DNA of 64,000 bases from Candidatus Omnitrophota bacterium (GTDB lineage Bacteria; Omnitrophota; Gorgyraeia; 2-01-FULL-45-10), in NCBI GenBank assembly GCA_030695905.1, contig JAUYOL010000011.1:7887-71886 (forward strand), written 5' to 3'. The translations under genes were made by a program, and so were the position numbers. Positions within the stretch are counted from its first letter, which is position 1; every line of letters begins with the position of its first letter. The notes under the pieces are model-generated. The model worked only from the letters and a program-made list of their open reading frames with translations. It did no database searches and was not told the DNA's origin. Of the stretch, positions 19,679 through 29,469 are shown piece by piece.

Positions 19679-20931
19679 CTCAAAACCTTTGGTATGACTT
19701 CGCCGCGGACCAGGTCCCTGTATGCCTCCTGCTTCCTAACAACATAAATCTTGCCTTCTATAACCATCACTTCTGCCGCACGAGGACGTGAGTTATAGTT
19801 GCTGGACATAGTAAAACCGTAAGCTCCGGCGCCCATCACCGCCAATAAGTCGCCCTTATGCATTTGAGGCAAGAATCTATCCTTGCCGAGAAAATCCCCG
19901 GATTCGCATATCGGTCCGACCACATCCACCTTTTCGCTCGTATCGGCGCTGTCAATAGCAACCTTCACAGGCACTATCTTATGATACGCGGTGTATAAGC
20001 TCGGCCTTATGAGGTCGCTCATACCGCTATCTACGATTACAAACTTATTATGCGGAGTCTCTTTTGTGTATAAAACCTTCGTAACAAGTATTCCGCTGTT
20101 CCCGGAAATAAACCGGCCGGGTTCAAGCACTATCTTAAGCCCGGAACTTTTCAGCATCGGCAGGACTTTCTGCGCAAAGCTCTTTGCGGTCTGCGGGTTC
20201 TCTATCGAATACATGATACCCAGGCCGCCGCCTATATTGAAATAGTCCACCTTTATGCGGGACCTCTTCAAAAACTCCAACACCTTCTTTATAGCGTCAA
20301 CAAACGGTTCGCCGTCCAATATCTGCGAACCTATATGTATGTGAACGCCCCTGATATTGAGATTAGGATATTCTTTGTGCGAATTAAATATATTCCGTAC
20401 GGTACCGAAATCAAGGCCGAACTTTGTATCGCCCTTGCCGGTAACTATATGCGCGTGCGTTTTGGCCGTAACATCCGGATTTATCCTTAAGGCTATATTA
20501 ACCTTTTTCTTTAACTCCCCAGCCACAGACTGGATCTGATCAAGCTCTTCTTTGGACTCCACATTAAATAACAGGATTCCAAATTTAATCGCGTCGGCTA
20601 TCTCGTCACGCCTCTTACCCACTCCGGCGTAAACTATGTTTTTCGCCGCGGCGCGGGCAAGACGCGCTCTATACAGCTCTCCGCCGGAGACGATATCGAG
20701 CCCCGCGCCGTTCTTTACGAGGGCGCGCAGTACCGCGATATTTGAATTACTCTTCACAGAGAAACATATAAGCGGCTTTACAGAACTAAAGGCGGATTCA
20801 AGTTTCCTAAAATGGTCTATCAGTGTCTGATAGCTGTATAGGTAGAATGGCGTAGGGATCTTCTTAGCGATATCGGCAACCGCCACATCCTCGCAATAAA
20901 GCTCGTTATCCTTAAATGTAAATTCGTGCAT
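19675..20931 (-). CDS. lysA: Diaminopimelate decarboxylase
   Basis: 418-aa PLP fold-III decarboxylase (FSVKSN, HIGSQ, EPGR). Confidence 0.9.
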   Translation of the reverse strand: MHEFTFKDNELYCEDVAVADIAKKIPTPFYLYSYQTLIDHFRKLESAFSSVKPLICFSVKSNSNIAVLRALVKNGAGLDIVSGGELYRARLARAAAKNIVYAGVGKRRDEIADAIKFGILLFNVESKEELDQIQSVAGELKKKVNIALRINPDVTAKTHAHIVTGKGDTKFGLDFGTVRNIFNSHKEYPNLNIRGVHIHIGSQILDGEPFVDAIKKVLEFLKRSRIKVDYFNIGGGLGIMYSIENPQTAKSFAQKVLPMLKSSGLKIVLEPGRFISGNSGILVTKVLYTKETPHNKFVIVDSGMSDLIRPSLYTAYHKIVPVKVAIDSADTSEKVDVVGPICESGDFLGKDRFLPQMHKGDLLAVMGAGAYGFTMSSNYNSRPRAAEVMVIEGKIYVVRKQEAYRDLVRGEVIPKVLR

Positions 20932-20934
20932 AAA

Positions 20935-22278
20935 TTACCTTTTTATCGACTTCTTTGATTTTACCGAGACGACCGGATTAAATAATTTAACGATCTCTTT
21001 TTTAATAAACTTATCTGAAAATCTGCTTAATTCGTGCTGAGTCATCGTCTTTATCTCGATAGAATTGTCTATCGAATATTTTACAAGTTCCCCCACTACC
21101 GTGTGAGCTGTTTTGAACGCGACACCTTTATTCACGAGATAATATACTATATCTGTCGCATATAAAGACTCGTCGTCCAACTGCGATTCTATCTTATCTT
21201 TATTAAACTTGAGCGTATTTACAAGCCCTCTTAAAACTTTTAGCTCTTTTATGAGCGTTTCAAATGAATCAAAAAGAGGCTCCTTGTCGAGCTGCATATC
21301 TCTATTATAAGATAGCGGCAGGCCTTTGATGACAGCCAAGAAACCTATGCGATTGCCATATAATCTACCGGCACTTCCTCTTATAAGCTCAAGAGCGTCC
21401 GCATTCTTCTTCTGTGGCATCAGGGAACTTCCTGTGCAGAACGCTTCGTCTATATCGACAAAATCGAACTCTTTAGTCGACCATATTATAAGATCTTCGG
21501 CAAATCTGGATAGATGCGTCGCTATAATGGCCGTAACGTTTAAAGCCTCCGCCACAAAACTTCTGTCGCTTACAGTGTATACTGAATTTTTCGTCGGCTC
21601 TAATTTCAGCCCTGCTAAACCTATGCCAAGCTTTTTGGCATATTTATCTATAGAAACGTTGTAATGCTTAGCCTCTATCGGTGTTCCGGCAACTGCGCCC
21701 GAGCCCATAGTTAGCTTTATATCTGAAGAGGCGATCTTCACTTTATCAAGGCCGGCTTCAAGCATCATAATATAAGCACCAATATAGTCTTTTAGGTATA
21801 TGGGTTGAGCGTGTTGCATATGCGTAAAGCCCGGAATTATAACATCGTTATTGGCCTTAGCTAAAGATTTTAACGCGTCTATAACGCCTGCGCATAACAT
21901 AACGACTTGGGCCAGCTTGTCTTTGCAATATACTTTTGTGGCAAATACAACCTGGTCGTTTCTCGACCGGGCAGTGTGCAGCTTAAGAGCAAGGTCGCCA
22001 ATCTGCTCTGAAAGCATATCCTGTATCTGGCTGTGTACATCCTCATAGGATAGGTCCGGTGAAAATTTACCATTGCCTATCTTCAAAAGGGCCGCCTGGA
22101 GCCTCGACGCTTCCTGCGGCTTCAGATATCCGGCCTTACCCAGAACTTCAACATGGACCATAGAGCCCAAGATATCGTATTTCGCCAGCTTATAGTCATA
22201 CTGTATGGATTTGGTGAATTCTTCCACTGACTGGTCCGTCGGTTTTGAGAATCTTCCACCCCATAATTTTTTAGCCAT
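20935..22278 (-). CDS. argH: Argininosuccinate lyase
   Basis: LWGGRFS N-terminus and the GSSLMPQKKN fumarate-lyase signature. Confidence 0.95.
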   Translation of the reverse strand: MAKKLWGGRFSKPTDQSVEEFTKSIQYDYKLAKYDILGSMVHVEVLGKAGYLKPQEASRLQAALLKIGNGKFSPDLSYEDVHSQIQDMLSEQIGDLALKLHTARSRNDQVVFATKVYCKDKLAQVVMLCAGVIDALKSLAKANNDVIIPGFTHMQHAQPIYLKDYIGAYIMMLEAGLDKVKIASSDIKLTMGSGAVAGTPIEAKHYNVSIDKYAKKLGIGLAGLKLEPTKNSVYTVSDRSFVAEALNVTAIIATHLSRFAEDLIIWSTKEFDFVDIDEAFCTGSSLMPQKKNADALELIRGSAGRLYGNRIGFLAVIKGLPLSYNRDMQLDKEPLFDSFETLIKELKVLRGLVNTLKFNKDKIESQLDDESLYATDIVYYLVNKGVAFKTAHTVVGELVKYSIDNSIEIKTMTQHELSRFSDKFIKKEIVKLFNPVVSVKSKKSIKR

Positions 22279-23459
22279 TATTTGCCTCTTCCTTTGTATG
22301 GCAATCCCCAGAGCTCGATAAAGCCTTTGGCAAGAGATTGATCGAACTTATCGCCCTCCTCATAAGTGGCAAGCTCCTTCTTGTATAAAGAGTCGGGAGA
22401 TTTTCTGCCCACTACCGAGCAGTTGCCTTTATGAAGTTTGAGTCTTACTGTGCCATTGACATATTTTTGAGTGTCATCCACAAATTTATCAAGCGCCTCT
22501 CTCAAAGGCGAATACCAGAGCCCGTAATAAACAAGCTCTGAATACTTTAAGGATACGATATCCTTAAAGTGCATAAGCTCTCTATCGAGCACAAGACTTT
22601 CGAGAGCTTTGTGCGCGGTATATAAAACCCATCCCGCCGGAGCCTCATATATCTCTCTGGACTTTATCCCGACGAGCCTATTTTCGATCATATCGCTTCT
22701 GCCGACGCCGGCATCGCCCGCGATCTTTCCCAGTTTTATGATAAGGCTCACGCCGTCCATAGTTTTGCCATCAAGCTTTACGGGAATGCCTTTTTTAAAC
22801 TCCACCCCTACATAACAAGGCTGCGCCTTTGCCTTATCTACTCCTTTCGTAAGACAATAGATATCTTCGTCAGGCTCGTAATAAGGATCTTCCAGCTTCC
22901 CACTTTCAATCGATATTCCCCAAAGATTAACATCAATCGAGTAAGGCTTCTTTTTTGTTGTGTCGATGGGGATATTATGATTCTTCGCATATTCTATCTC
23001 TTCGCTTCTTGTCTTTAATTCCCATTCTCTTACAGGCGCTATTATCTTCAATTTAGGATCGAGCGCCATCGTAGTAACTTCAAATCTTACCTGGTCATTA
23101 CCTTTTCCTGTGCATCCGTGCGCTACATATTGCGCGCCTTCCTTCTGGGCCGTCTCGACCAGGCCCTTCGCTATAACCGGCCTTGAAAGCGCCGTTGCCA
23201 GCAGGTACGAACCTTCGTATATAGCGTTTGCCTTCAACGCTTTAAACACAAAATCGTCAACAAATTCACTCTTAAGATCACCAACAATAGCTTTTATAGC
23301 GCCGGTCTTTAAGGCTCTGGCCTTATAAGTCTGAAAATCAGACCCTTGCCCAACGTCAGCCATATAAGCGATAACTTCATAGCCCTTATTTTTTAGCCAT
23401 GTTATGGCAACCGATGTATCAAGCCCGCCTGAATACGCTAATACTACTTTTTTGCCCAT
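22278..23459 (-). CDS. argG: Argininosuccinate synthase
   Basis: AYSGGLDTS PP-loop, 393 aa. Confidence 0.95.
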   Translation of the reverse strand: MGKKVVLAYSGGLDTSVAITWLKNKGYEVIAYMADVGQGSDFQTYKARALKTGAIKAIVGDLKSEFVDDFVFKALKANAIYEGSYLLATALSRPVIAKGLVETAQKEGAQYVAHGCTGKGNDQVRFEVTTMALDPKLKIIAPVREWELKTRSEEIEYAKNHNIPIDTTKKKPYSIDVNLWGISIESGKLEDPYYEPDEDIYCLTKGVDKAKAQPCYVGVEFKKGIPVKLDGKTMDGVSLIIKLGKIAGDAGVGRSDMIENRLVGIKSREIYEAPAGWVLYTAHKALESLVLDRELMHFKDIVSLKYSELVYYGLWYSPLREALDKFVDDTQKYVNGTVRLKLHKGNCSVVGRKSPDSLYKKELATYEEGDKFDQSLAKGFIELWGLPYKGRGK

Positions 23460-23472
23460 AAAAGTTCTCCCG

Positions 23473-24396
23473 TTATCCTAATAGTTTCAAAAGAATCGCC
23501 TTTTGTATATGCATTCTGTTCTCCGCTTGATCATAGACTACGGAATTCTTTGAGTCTATCACGGAATCTGTTATCTCGTCGCCTCTATGCGCTGGCAGAC
23601 AATGCATTACCAGGCAATTTTTATTAGTCAGTTTCATTATGCCGTCGTTAATCTGAAATCCCTCAAAATCTTTCATTCTCTTATCGGCTTCTTTCTCCTG
23701 GCCCATGCTTACCCATACATCCGTATAGACTATATCGGCCCCCTTGGCCGCAACTTTCGGGTCGTGCGTAAATTCTATCGTAGACTGTGATTCTAAAGCG
23801 CACTTTTTAGCCGTATCGACCGCTTTCTTTAACGGCTCATAACCTTTCGGAGTCGCTATCTTAATATTAAGCCCTACCTTGGCCGCGGCGCACATAAGAG
23901 AATTTAATACATTATTGGCATCCCCTATATAGGACAGGGTTATGCCTTTGAATGTGCCGAATTTCTCTTTTATGGTGAATATATCGCTAAGCGCCTGGCA
24001 AGGATGCGCGAAGTCGCTTAAACCATTCACTACGGGTACGGTGGCATATTTAGCCAGGTCCTCGGCGTCCTCATGTTTATATGTTCTCGCTACAAGGCCA
24101 TCGAGATATCTTGATAAGACTTTGGCGACATCTTTGACCGATTCCCTTCCGCCCATACCTATCTCCGAAGGGCCAAGATATATTGCGTATCCTCCCAGCT
24201 GCACCATGCCTATCTCGAAAGAAACCCTCGTTCTATTCGACGGTTTCTGAAATATAAGCCCTATCGATTTGCCTTTAAGCGCATCGGCATATTTGGCCTT
24301 ATATTTTTTTAAGGCCTTGCCGGTATCCAGTATATCAATAATCTCTTCAACCGAAAGGTCAGTTACCGATAACAGGTTCTTCTTCATTTCGATCAC
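23473..24396 (-). CDS. argF: Ornithine carbamoyltransferase
   Basis: STRTR carbamoyl-phosphate motif and HCLP ornithine motif. Confidence 0.9.
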   Translation of the reverse strand: MIEMKKNLLSVTDLSVEEIIDILDTGKALKKYKAKYADALKGKSIGLIFQKPSNRTRVSFEIGMVQLGGYAIYLGPSEIGMGGRESVKDVAKVLSRYLDGLVARTYKHEDAEDLAKYATVPVVNGLSDFAHPCQALSDIFTIKEKFGTFKGITLSYIGDANNVLNSLMCAAAKVGLNIKIATPKGYEPLKKAVDTAKKCALESQSTIEFTHDPKVAAKGADIVYTDVWVSMGQEKEADKRMKDFEGFQINDGIMKLTNKNCLVMHCLPAHRGDEITDSVIDSKNSVVYDQAENRMHIQKAILLKLLG

Positions 24397-24403
24397 CTTT
24401 TTT

Positions 24404-25588
24404 CTACAATTTTGCCAGGACTTTATCTAATATAGAAACCGCTTTATCGATCTCCTTCGCGCTAACTGTCATAGGCGGCATTATCCTCAATACCGTATCC
24501 TGCGTGCAATTTAACAGAAGACCCGCTTCGAGACACTTCTGATAAATATCCTCGCCTTTAATATTTAACTCCACGCCTATAACTAACCCCACCGATCTAA
24601 TCTGGCTTATAAAATGATACTTCTTCTTCAGGGCCTTAAGCTTCTTTACCAGGTAGGCGCCCATCTTATTCGTATTTTGCAATAACTTCTCTTTTTTTAT
24701 CGCCTCAAATACCGCAAGTGCCGCCGCGCAAACAATGGGTGAGCCGCCGAATGTAGACGCATGCGTCCCCGGAGTGAGCACACTAGCGAACTTCCCTCTC
24801 GCCACGCAAGCTCCTATAGGCACTCCGCCGCCTAAAGACTTCGCGAGAGTCATAATGTCAGGCTCGATACCATACTGCTGATAGCAGAAGAATTTGCCGG
24901 TCCTGCCCATGCCTGTCTGAACTTCGTCGAGTATCATTACGATATCTTTTTCATCGCAGAGCTTTCTGACTGCCTGCATATATTCTTTGCTGGCTATATT
25001 TATACCGCCCTCACATTGTATAGGTTCAAACATCACGGCGATAGTCTTTTCGTTTATCGCTTCTTTCAATGCTTCTATATCATTAAAAGGAATATGGATA
25101 AAGCCTTTTATAAGCGGCTCGAATCCCTTTTTAACCTTATCCTGGCCCGTAGCCGATATCATCCCAAGAGTTCTCCCGTGGAAAGACTTCGTCATCGTGA
25201 TGATCTGGTACCTGCCATTGTCGTGGCCATACTTTCTCGCAAGCTTTACAGCGCCCTCGTTCGCTTCCGCGCCGGAATTCGCGAAAAATACCTTACCCGA
25301 AAAAGACTCTTCTATTATTCTCTTTGCCAAAAGTCCCTGCAGTTGTGAATAATAATTATTCGACACATGCATCAGTTTTTTAGCCTGTTTTGCCACCGCA
25401 TTCGAAACCATCGGATGGCAATGTCCTATGCCCGATACCGCCCATCCCGGAAAAAAATCCAGGTATTCCCTGCCATCTATATCCCAAACCTTGCTACCCT
25501 TTGCCTTCTCAAGGCAAAATGGCACCCTTTTATAAGTGCACATGACGTACTTATCGTACATCTCTACCACCTTATCAGTCTTATTCAT
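24404..25588 (-). CDS. argD: Acetylornithine aminotransferase
   Basis: Class III aminotransferase (DEVQTGMGRTG, PLP Lys in TLAKSLGGG). Confidence 0.85.
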   Translation of the reverse strand: MNKTDKVVEMYDKYVMCTYKRVPFCLEKAKGSKVWDIDGREYLDFFPGWAVSGIGHCHPMVSNAVAKQAKKLMHVSNNYYSQLQGLLAKRIIEESFSGKVFFANSGAEANEGAVKLARKYGHDNGRYQIITMTKSFHGRTLGMISATGQDKVKKGFEPLIKGFIHIPFNDIEALKEAINEKTIAVMFEPIQCEGGINIASKEYMQAVRKLCDEKDIVMILDEVQTGMGRTGKFFCYQQYGIEPDIMTLAKSLGGGVPIGACVARGKFASVLTPGTHASTFGGSPIVCAAALAVFEAIKKEKLLQNTNKMGAYLVKKLKALKKKYHFISQIRSVGLVIGVELNIKGEDIYQKCLEAGLLLNCTQDTVLRIMPPMTVSAKEIDKAVSILDKVLAKL

Positions 25589-25662
25589 CTGTTTCTTTCG
25601 TCCTTCACTATTTCTTAGGCTTCTTCTTCTGGCAACCGCATGTACCGCACATAAAAATTCTC

Positions 25663-26517
25663 CTATTTTACGATCTGAGTACCGATACCTTTATCGGTAA
25701 ACATCTCTAATAAAAGAGCATGCGGAATACTGGCGTCGAGTATATGAGCCTTCTTTACTCCGCCCTTAATGGCATTTACACATGATGCCACCTTTGGAAT
25801 CATGCCGCCATATATGATATTCTTCTTCATCAAACTGTTAATCTCTTTCACAGTAAGCGTATTATATAACGTTCTTGGGTCGTCCTTGTCTTTCATGACG
25901 CCCCGCACATTTGTCAAAAGTACAAATTTCTCAGCTTTTAAAGCAACTGCTATCTCGCTGGCCACATCATCGGCATTCACGTTATACAAATTTCTATCCC
26001 GTCCGGTTCCCAGAGGATATATGACGGGTATTATATTGTCTTCTATCAGCTGCTTAACTACAGTGGTATCGACCGAAGTAACTTCTCCTACAAAACCAAG
26101 ATCGATTTGGGATTTGAGTTTCTTCACTTTAATAAGGTCATTCTCCCGCCCGCTCAAACCAAAAGCTTTAGTACCAAGGCCTTTGAGCGTATTTACAATC
26201 TGCTTATTTATAGTATGCAGCGCCTTATCGATAATGTATATCGACTCCTTATCGGTAACACGTCTGCCGCATATAAATTTCGGCTCTATGCCCGCCTTCT
26301 TCATAAACTTCGATATAAGAGGACCTCCGCCGTGCACAAGTATCGGCCTCATACCGGCGTAGTTCATGAATACGATATCCTCGAGCACCGACGGATCGAT
26401 ACCCTTCTCGTCCACGGCGGCACCGCCATACTTGATCACGACGACTTTCTCAAAGAAATTTTTTATATAAGGAAGCGCCTCAATCAATACTTCGCTCTTT
26501 TTAATTGCCTCTTTCAT
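25663..26517 (-). CDS. argB: Acetylglutamate kinase
   Basis: VIKYGG amino-acid-kinase motif, 284 aa. Confidence 0.9.
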   Translation of the reverse strand: MKEAIKKSEVLIEALPYIKNFFEKVVVIKYGGAAVDEKGIDPSVLEDIVFMNYAGMRPILVHGGGPLISKFMKKAGIEPKFICGRRVTDKESIYIIDKALHTINKQIVNTLKGLGTKAFGLSGRENDLIKVKKLKSQIDLGFVGEVTSVDTTVVKQLIEDNIIPVIYPLGTGRDRNLYNVNADDVASEIAVALKAEKFVLLTNVRGVMKDKDDPRTLYNTLTVKEINSLMKKNIIYGGMIPKVASCVNAIKGGVKKAHILDASIPHALLLEMFTDKGIGTQIVK

Positions 26518-26537
26518 ATGTATTTCACCTATTTCAT

Positions 26538-26577
26538 CGCCCCGGTGACATGTGGTTTACTCCGCCACACCGGGGCG
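26538..26577 (-). other. GC-rich stem-loop in the argJ-argB intergenic spacer (10-bp perfect stem CGCCCCGGTG/CACCGGGGCG, 20-nt loop), no U-tract
   Basis: Inverted repeat read directly from sequence. It is followed on the mRNA by the argB SD AGGTGA and ATG. Confidence 0.55.
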
Positions 26578-26583
26578 GTGTAT

Positions 26584-27804
26584 TTATGTGCTATACTCCG
26601 AGTTTATGACTACGTATTCTTTGGAAAAGTCGCAGGTCCATGCCGTCGCGCCTGCTTTGCCGCTTTTCAGATCTACCGTTATATAAACCTTCTTCTTCTG
26701 AAATATCTTTTGCGCTTTTGCCCTATCGAAATTCTTTATACTCTGGCCGTTTAAAAGCGCTTTCATATTTCCAAGATATACATCAGCTTTATCCGGATCA
26801 AAATCTACTCCGCCGGCGCCGGCCGCCGCCACCACCCTGCCCCAGTTAGGATCCTCTCCGCATACAGCGCATTTTAACAGGTTCGATGTGGATATTTTTC
26901 TCGCTATCTTTCGCGCGTCATCCACGCTCTTCGCTCCCACAACCCGTATCTCAATAAATTTTGTAGCCCCTTCTCCGTCCACGGCAAGCAACTTAGCAAG
27001 TTCTTTGCATAAATATTTCAGAGCCGTGGTAAATTTATCATAGTCTTTGCCGTTAGACTTTATACATCTATTCTTCGCAAGGCCGTTAGCCAGTATAAAG
27101 CATGAATCGTTCGTGCTCATGTCCCCGTCAACGGATACCATATTAAATGAATCGGCTATTGCCTCATCAAGGCTTCGGGCCAGCATCTTTTTAGTTATCA
27201 AAGCGTCGGTAGAAATAAATGATAGCATCGTAGCGTGCATTTGTGTCTTCATATCGGGATACAGCATACCGACACCTTTACACGCGCCGCCTATAGTAAC
27301 TGTAGCCGAACCCAGCTTTACCCTGACGGCCAATTCTTTTTTAACCGTGTCCGTCGTCATTATCGCCTGAGCGAATATGCTTCCATTTGCCGCGGATAAG
27401 CATGCGACAAGCTCGGGCACGGCGGACTCTATCTTTTCTATCGGCAGATAGTGGCCTATGATGCCTGTTGACGCGACTAAAACCTCTTTATCCCCCAGCA
27501 GCAGCCCCTCACCTACGAGCTTGGCCATGTTGGCCGCGTCCTTATCTCCAATTTTACCGTTAGCGCAGTTGGCGTTCCCGCTATTTACAACCACCGCCTG
27601 ATGCGTCTTATTGCCCAAATATTTCTTGCTTACCTTTACCGGAGACGCCTGAAATCTATTTTTAGTAAAACTCGCCGCGGCGAAAGCGGGCACTTCGGAA
27701 TATAGAAGCCCAAAGTCAAGCCGCCCCGACTTCTTTATGCCGGCTTTTACACCGCTTGCCAAGAAACCTTTCGGCGCCGTTACCCCGCCTTTGATAATAT
27801 TCAT
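26584..27804 (-). CDS. argJ: Bifunctional glutamate N-acetyltransferase/amino-acid acetyltransferase
   Basis: 406 aa of the ArgJ family, with the autoproteolysis site region ATML. Confidence 0.9.
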   Translation of the reverse strand: MNIIKGGVTAPKGFLASGVKAGIKKSGRLDFGLLYSEVPAFAAASFTKNRFQASPVKVSKKYLGNKTHQAVVVNSGNANCANGKIGDKDAANMAKLVGEGLLLGDKEVLVASTGIIGHYLPIEKIESAVPELVACLSAANGSIFAQAIMTTDTVKKELAVRVKLGSATVTIGGACKGVGMLYPDMKTQMHATMLSFISTDALITKKMLARSLDEAIADSFNMVSVDGDMSTNDSCFILANGLAKNRCIKSNGKDYDKFTTALKYLCKELAKLLAVDGEGATKFIEIRVVGAKSVDDARKIARKISTSNLLKCAVCGEDPNWGRVVAAAGAGGVDFDPDKADVYLGNMKALLNGQSIKNFDRAKAQKIFQKKKVYITVDLKSGKAGATAWTCDFSKEYVVINSEYST

Positions 27805-27807
27805 CTA

Positions 27808-28821
27808 TTAAACAAGCCCTTCCGTCTCGTCGAATCCGGCTATTATATTCATATTCTGTACTGCCTGGCCCGCCGCGCCCTTTTTAAGATTATCTATGCA
27901 CGCGACGGCTATCAGCATATCACCGGTAACCTTCAAGCCTATATCGCAGTAATTCGAACCGACTATGTCTCTTATCTGCGGCAGCTTCCCTTCATCATAT
28001 ACCCTTACAAAAGGCTTGCCGCTGTAAAACTTCTTGTAAATATCTATCGCACTTTCCGTGTCGAGCTTCTTCGTCAGCTTCATATATATAGTAGAGAGTA
28101 TGCCTCTATTCATAGGTATAAGATGGGGTGTAAATACAACCTCCATCTTTTTGCCTCCGATTTCCGACAGTATCTTGTTTATCTCGGGCTTATGCTGGTG
28201 GTCATTGACCTTGTATGCCTTAAGATTCTCATTTACCTCACTGAATGATAGCGCGAGATCGGGCTTTCTGCCCGCGCCGGTAACTCCGCTTTTTGAATCT
28301 ATTATGACAGAACCGTCGTCTATCGCTTTCTCCTTGACCATTGGCGAAATACCTAAAATAGCGCTGGTGGGATAACATCCCGGATTCGCTATTAACTTGG
28401 CCTTCTTTATCTTCTCCGAATAGATTTCCGGTAAACCGTATACCGCAACAGGCAGATTAGCCTTATCGCTATGATCTGTGCCATACCAGGTTTTATATAC
28501 ATCGGCGTCAAGCCTATAGTCGGCGCTTAAATCTATGACTATCTTGCCCGCCTTCAGGAACACGGGCGCTATCTGCATCGAAATTTTATGAGGAAGCGCC
28601 AGAAATACCAGATCAATATTTTTAGCCATCTTTTCGGCATCCGGCTTATGACACACAAGATCACATCTTCCTTTGAATGCCGGAAATATCGAAGATATGG
28701 GCTCTTCCTTATCAATAACGGCGGACAGTTCCGTTATCTTCACGCCCTTGTGATTGATCAAAATTTTTATGACTTCTTCGCCGGCGTAACCTGTCGCGCC
28801 GACAACTCCAACCTTTAACAT
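27808..28821 (-). CDS. argC: N-acetyl-gamma-glutamyl-phosphate reductase
   Basis: VGVVGATGYAGEE N-terminus and catalytic Cys (PGCYPT). The track start at 28851 is TTG. The ATG at 28821 has a perfect SD (AAAGGAGAGGG) and is preferred. Confidence 0.9.
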   Translation of the reverse strand: MLKVGVVGATGYAGEEVIKILINHKGVKITELSAVIDKEEPISSIFPAFKGRCDLVCHKPDAEKMAKNIDLVFLALPHKISMQIAPVFLKAGKIVIDLSADYRLDADVYKTWYGTDHSDKANLPVAVYGLPEIYSEKIKKAKLIANPGCYPTSAILGISPMVKEKAIDDGSVIIDSKSGVTGAGRKPDLALSFSEVNENLKAYKVNDHQHKPEINKILSEIGGKKMEVVFTPHLIPMNRGILSTIYMKLTKKLDTESAIDIYKKFYSGKPFVRVYDEGKLPQIRDIVGSNYCDIGLKVTGDMLIAVACIDNLKKGAAGQAVQNMNIIAGFDETEGLV

Positions 28822-28964
28822 ATCCCTCTCCTTTTCTGCTTCGCCCTTCAACTTGTAGTATCCAGTTGGGCTTCGCAGGAATTTCTTGTAAGGCCCTACG
28901 AAGCCATACCTGAATTCTCAATATTTGAACGGCGAAGTAGGCCCTTCCGTCGAGTAAAGTATTT

Positions 28965-28993
28965 ATATTAAATTAAAAAACCTATCCTGTCAA
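28965..28993 (-). promoter_or_regulatory. Sigma70-like promoter TTGACA-N17-TAATAT upstream of argC, embedded in the rpsI terminator hairpin
   Basis: On the minus strand: ATATTTTAGTTGACA ggataggttttttaatt TAATAT. The same 15-mer ATATTTTAGTTGACA also forms the -35 region of the rplM promoter at 29955-29983. Confidence 0.45.
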
Positions 28994-29028
28994 CTAAAAT
29001 ATCGTCGGAAGTTGACAAGATAGGTTTT
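28971..29028 (-). terminator. Rho-independent terminator after rpsI (18-19-bp stem, 14-nt loop, T-run)
   Basis: aaaacctatcctgtcaact / agttgacaagataggtttt inverted repeat with one mismatch. The minus-strand T-run corresponds to plus-strand aattaaaaaa. Confidence 0.65.
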
Positions 29029-29050
29029 AAATTGTCGTCGAGGTTTTTAA

Positions 29051-29446
29051 TTACCTCTTAGTATATTGGAATCTCCTTCTTGCTCGCTTACGGCCATACT
29101 TTTTGCGCTCCCTGGCGCGCGCGTCGCGCGTAAGGAACTTGGCCTTTTTGAGGGTAGACTTTAAGCTCTCCTGTATTTTAACAAGAGCTCTTGCTATGCC
29201 TAATTTCATCGCACCGGCCTGCCCGCTGGCCCCGCCGCCTGCCACCATCGCAAATATGTCGTATTGGTCCGGTAATTTAACCAGTTCGAGCGGCTGCATA
29301 ATAATAAGGCGATGACTTTCCCTGATGAAATAGTCATTGAACGGCCTTTTATTTACCGTCATCTTTCCGCTTCCTGGAATCATGCGGACACGCGCGGTAG
29401 CCTCTTTGCGTCTTCCGGTTGCAAAATATTGGACTTTCTCTGTCAT
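29051..29446 (-). CDS. rpsI: 30S ribosomal protein S9
   Basis: GRRKEATARV motif and a basic C-terminus ending ...YTKR. Confidence 0.9.
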   Translation of the reverse strand: MTEKVQYFATGRRKEATARVRMIPGSGKMTVNKRPFNDYFIRESHRLIIMQPLELVKLPDQYDIFAMVAGGGASGQAGAMKLGIARALVKIQESLKSTLKKAKFLTRDARARERKKYGRKRARRRFQYTKR

Positions 29447-29469
29447 TATCTTATATACTCCTTAGTGCT

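Noticed and set aside
28822-28851. Track-extended N-termini from TTG/GTG starts (argC 28851, aroK 33923, alr 44155, giant gene 60451).
   Set aside because: Better ATG starts with SD sequences or translational-coupling overlaps exist (28821, 33770, 44137, 60445). The upstream extensions are low-complexity.
28712-28921. 69-aa Arg-rich minus-strand ORF overlapping the argC start and leader.
   Set aside because: Off-frame overlap with the argC N-terminus and leader. Arg-rich artefact composition.
28909-28927. Partial palindrome cctgaattctcaatatttg in the argC leader, as a candidate ArgR (ARG box) operator.
   Set aside because: The half-site spacing does not fit the TGAAT-N4-ATTCA consensus, and it lies +30 to +50 relative to the predicted TSS. 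Too weak to call.
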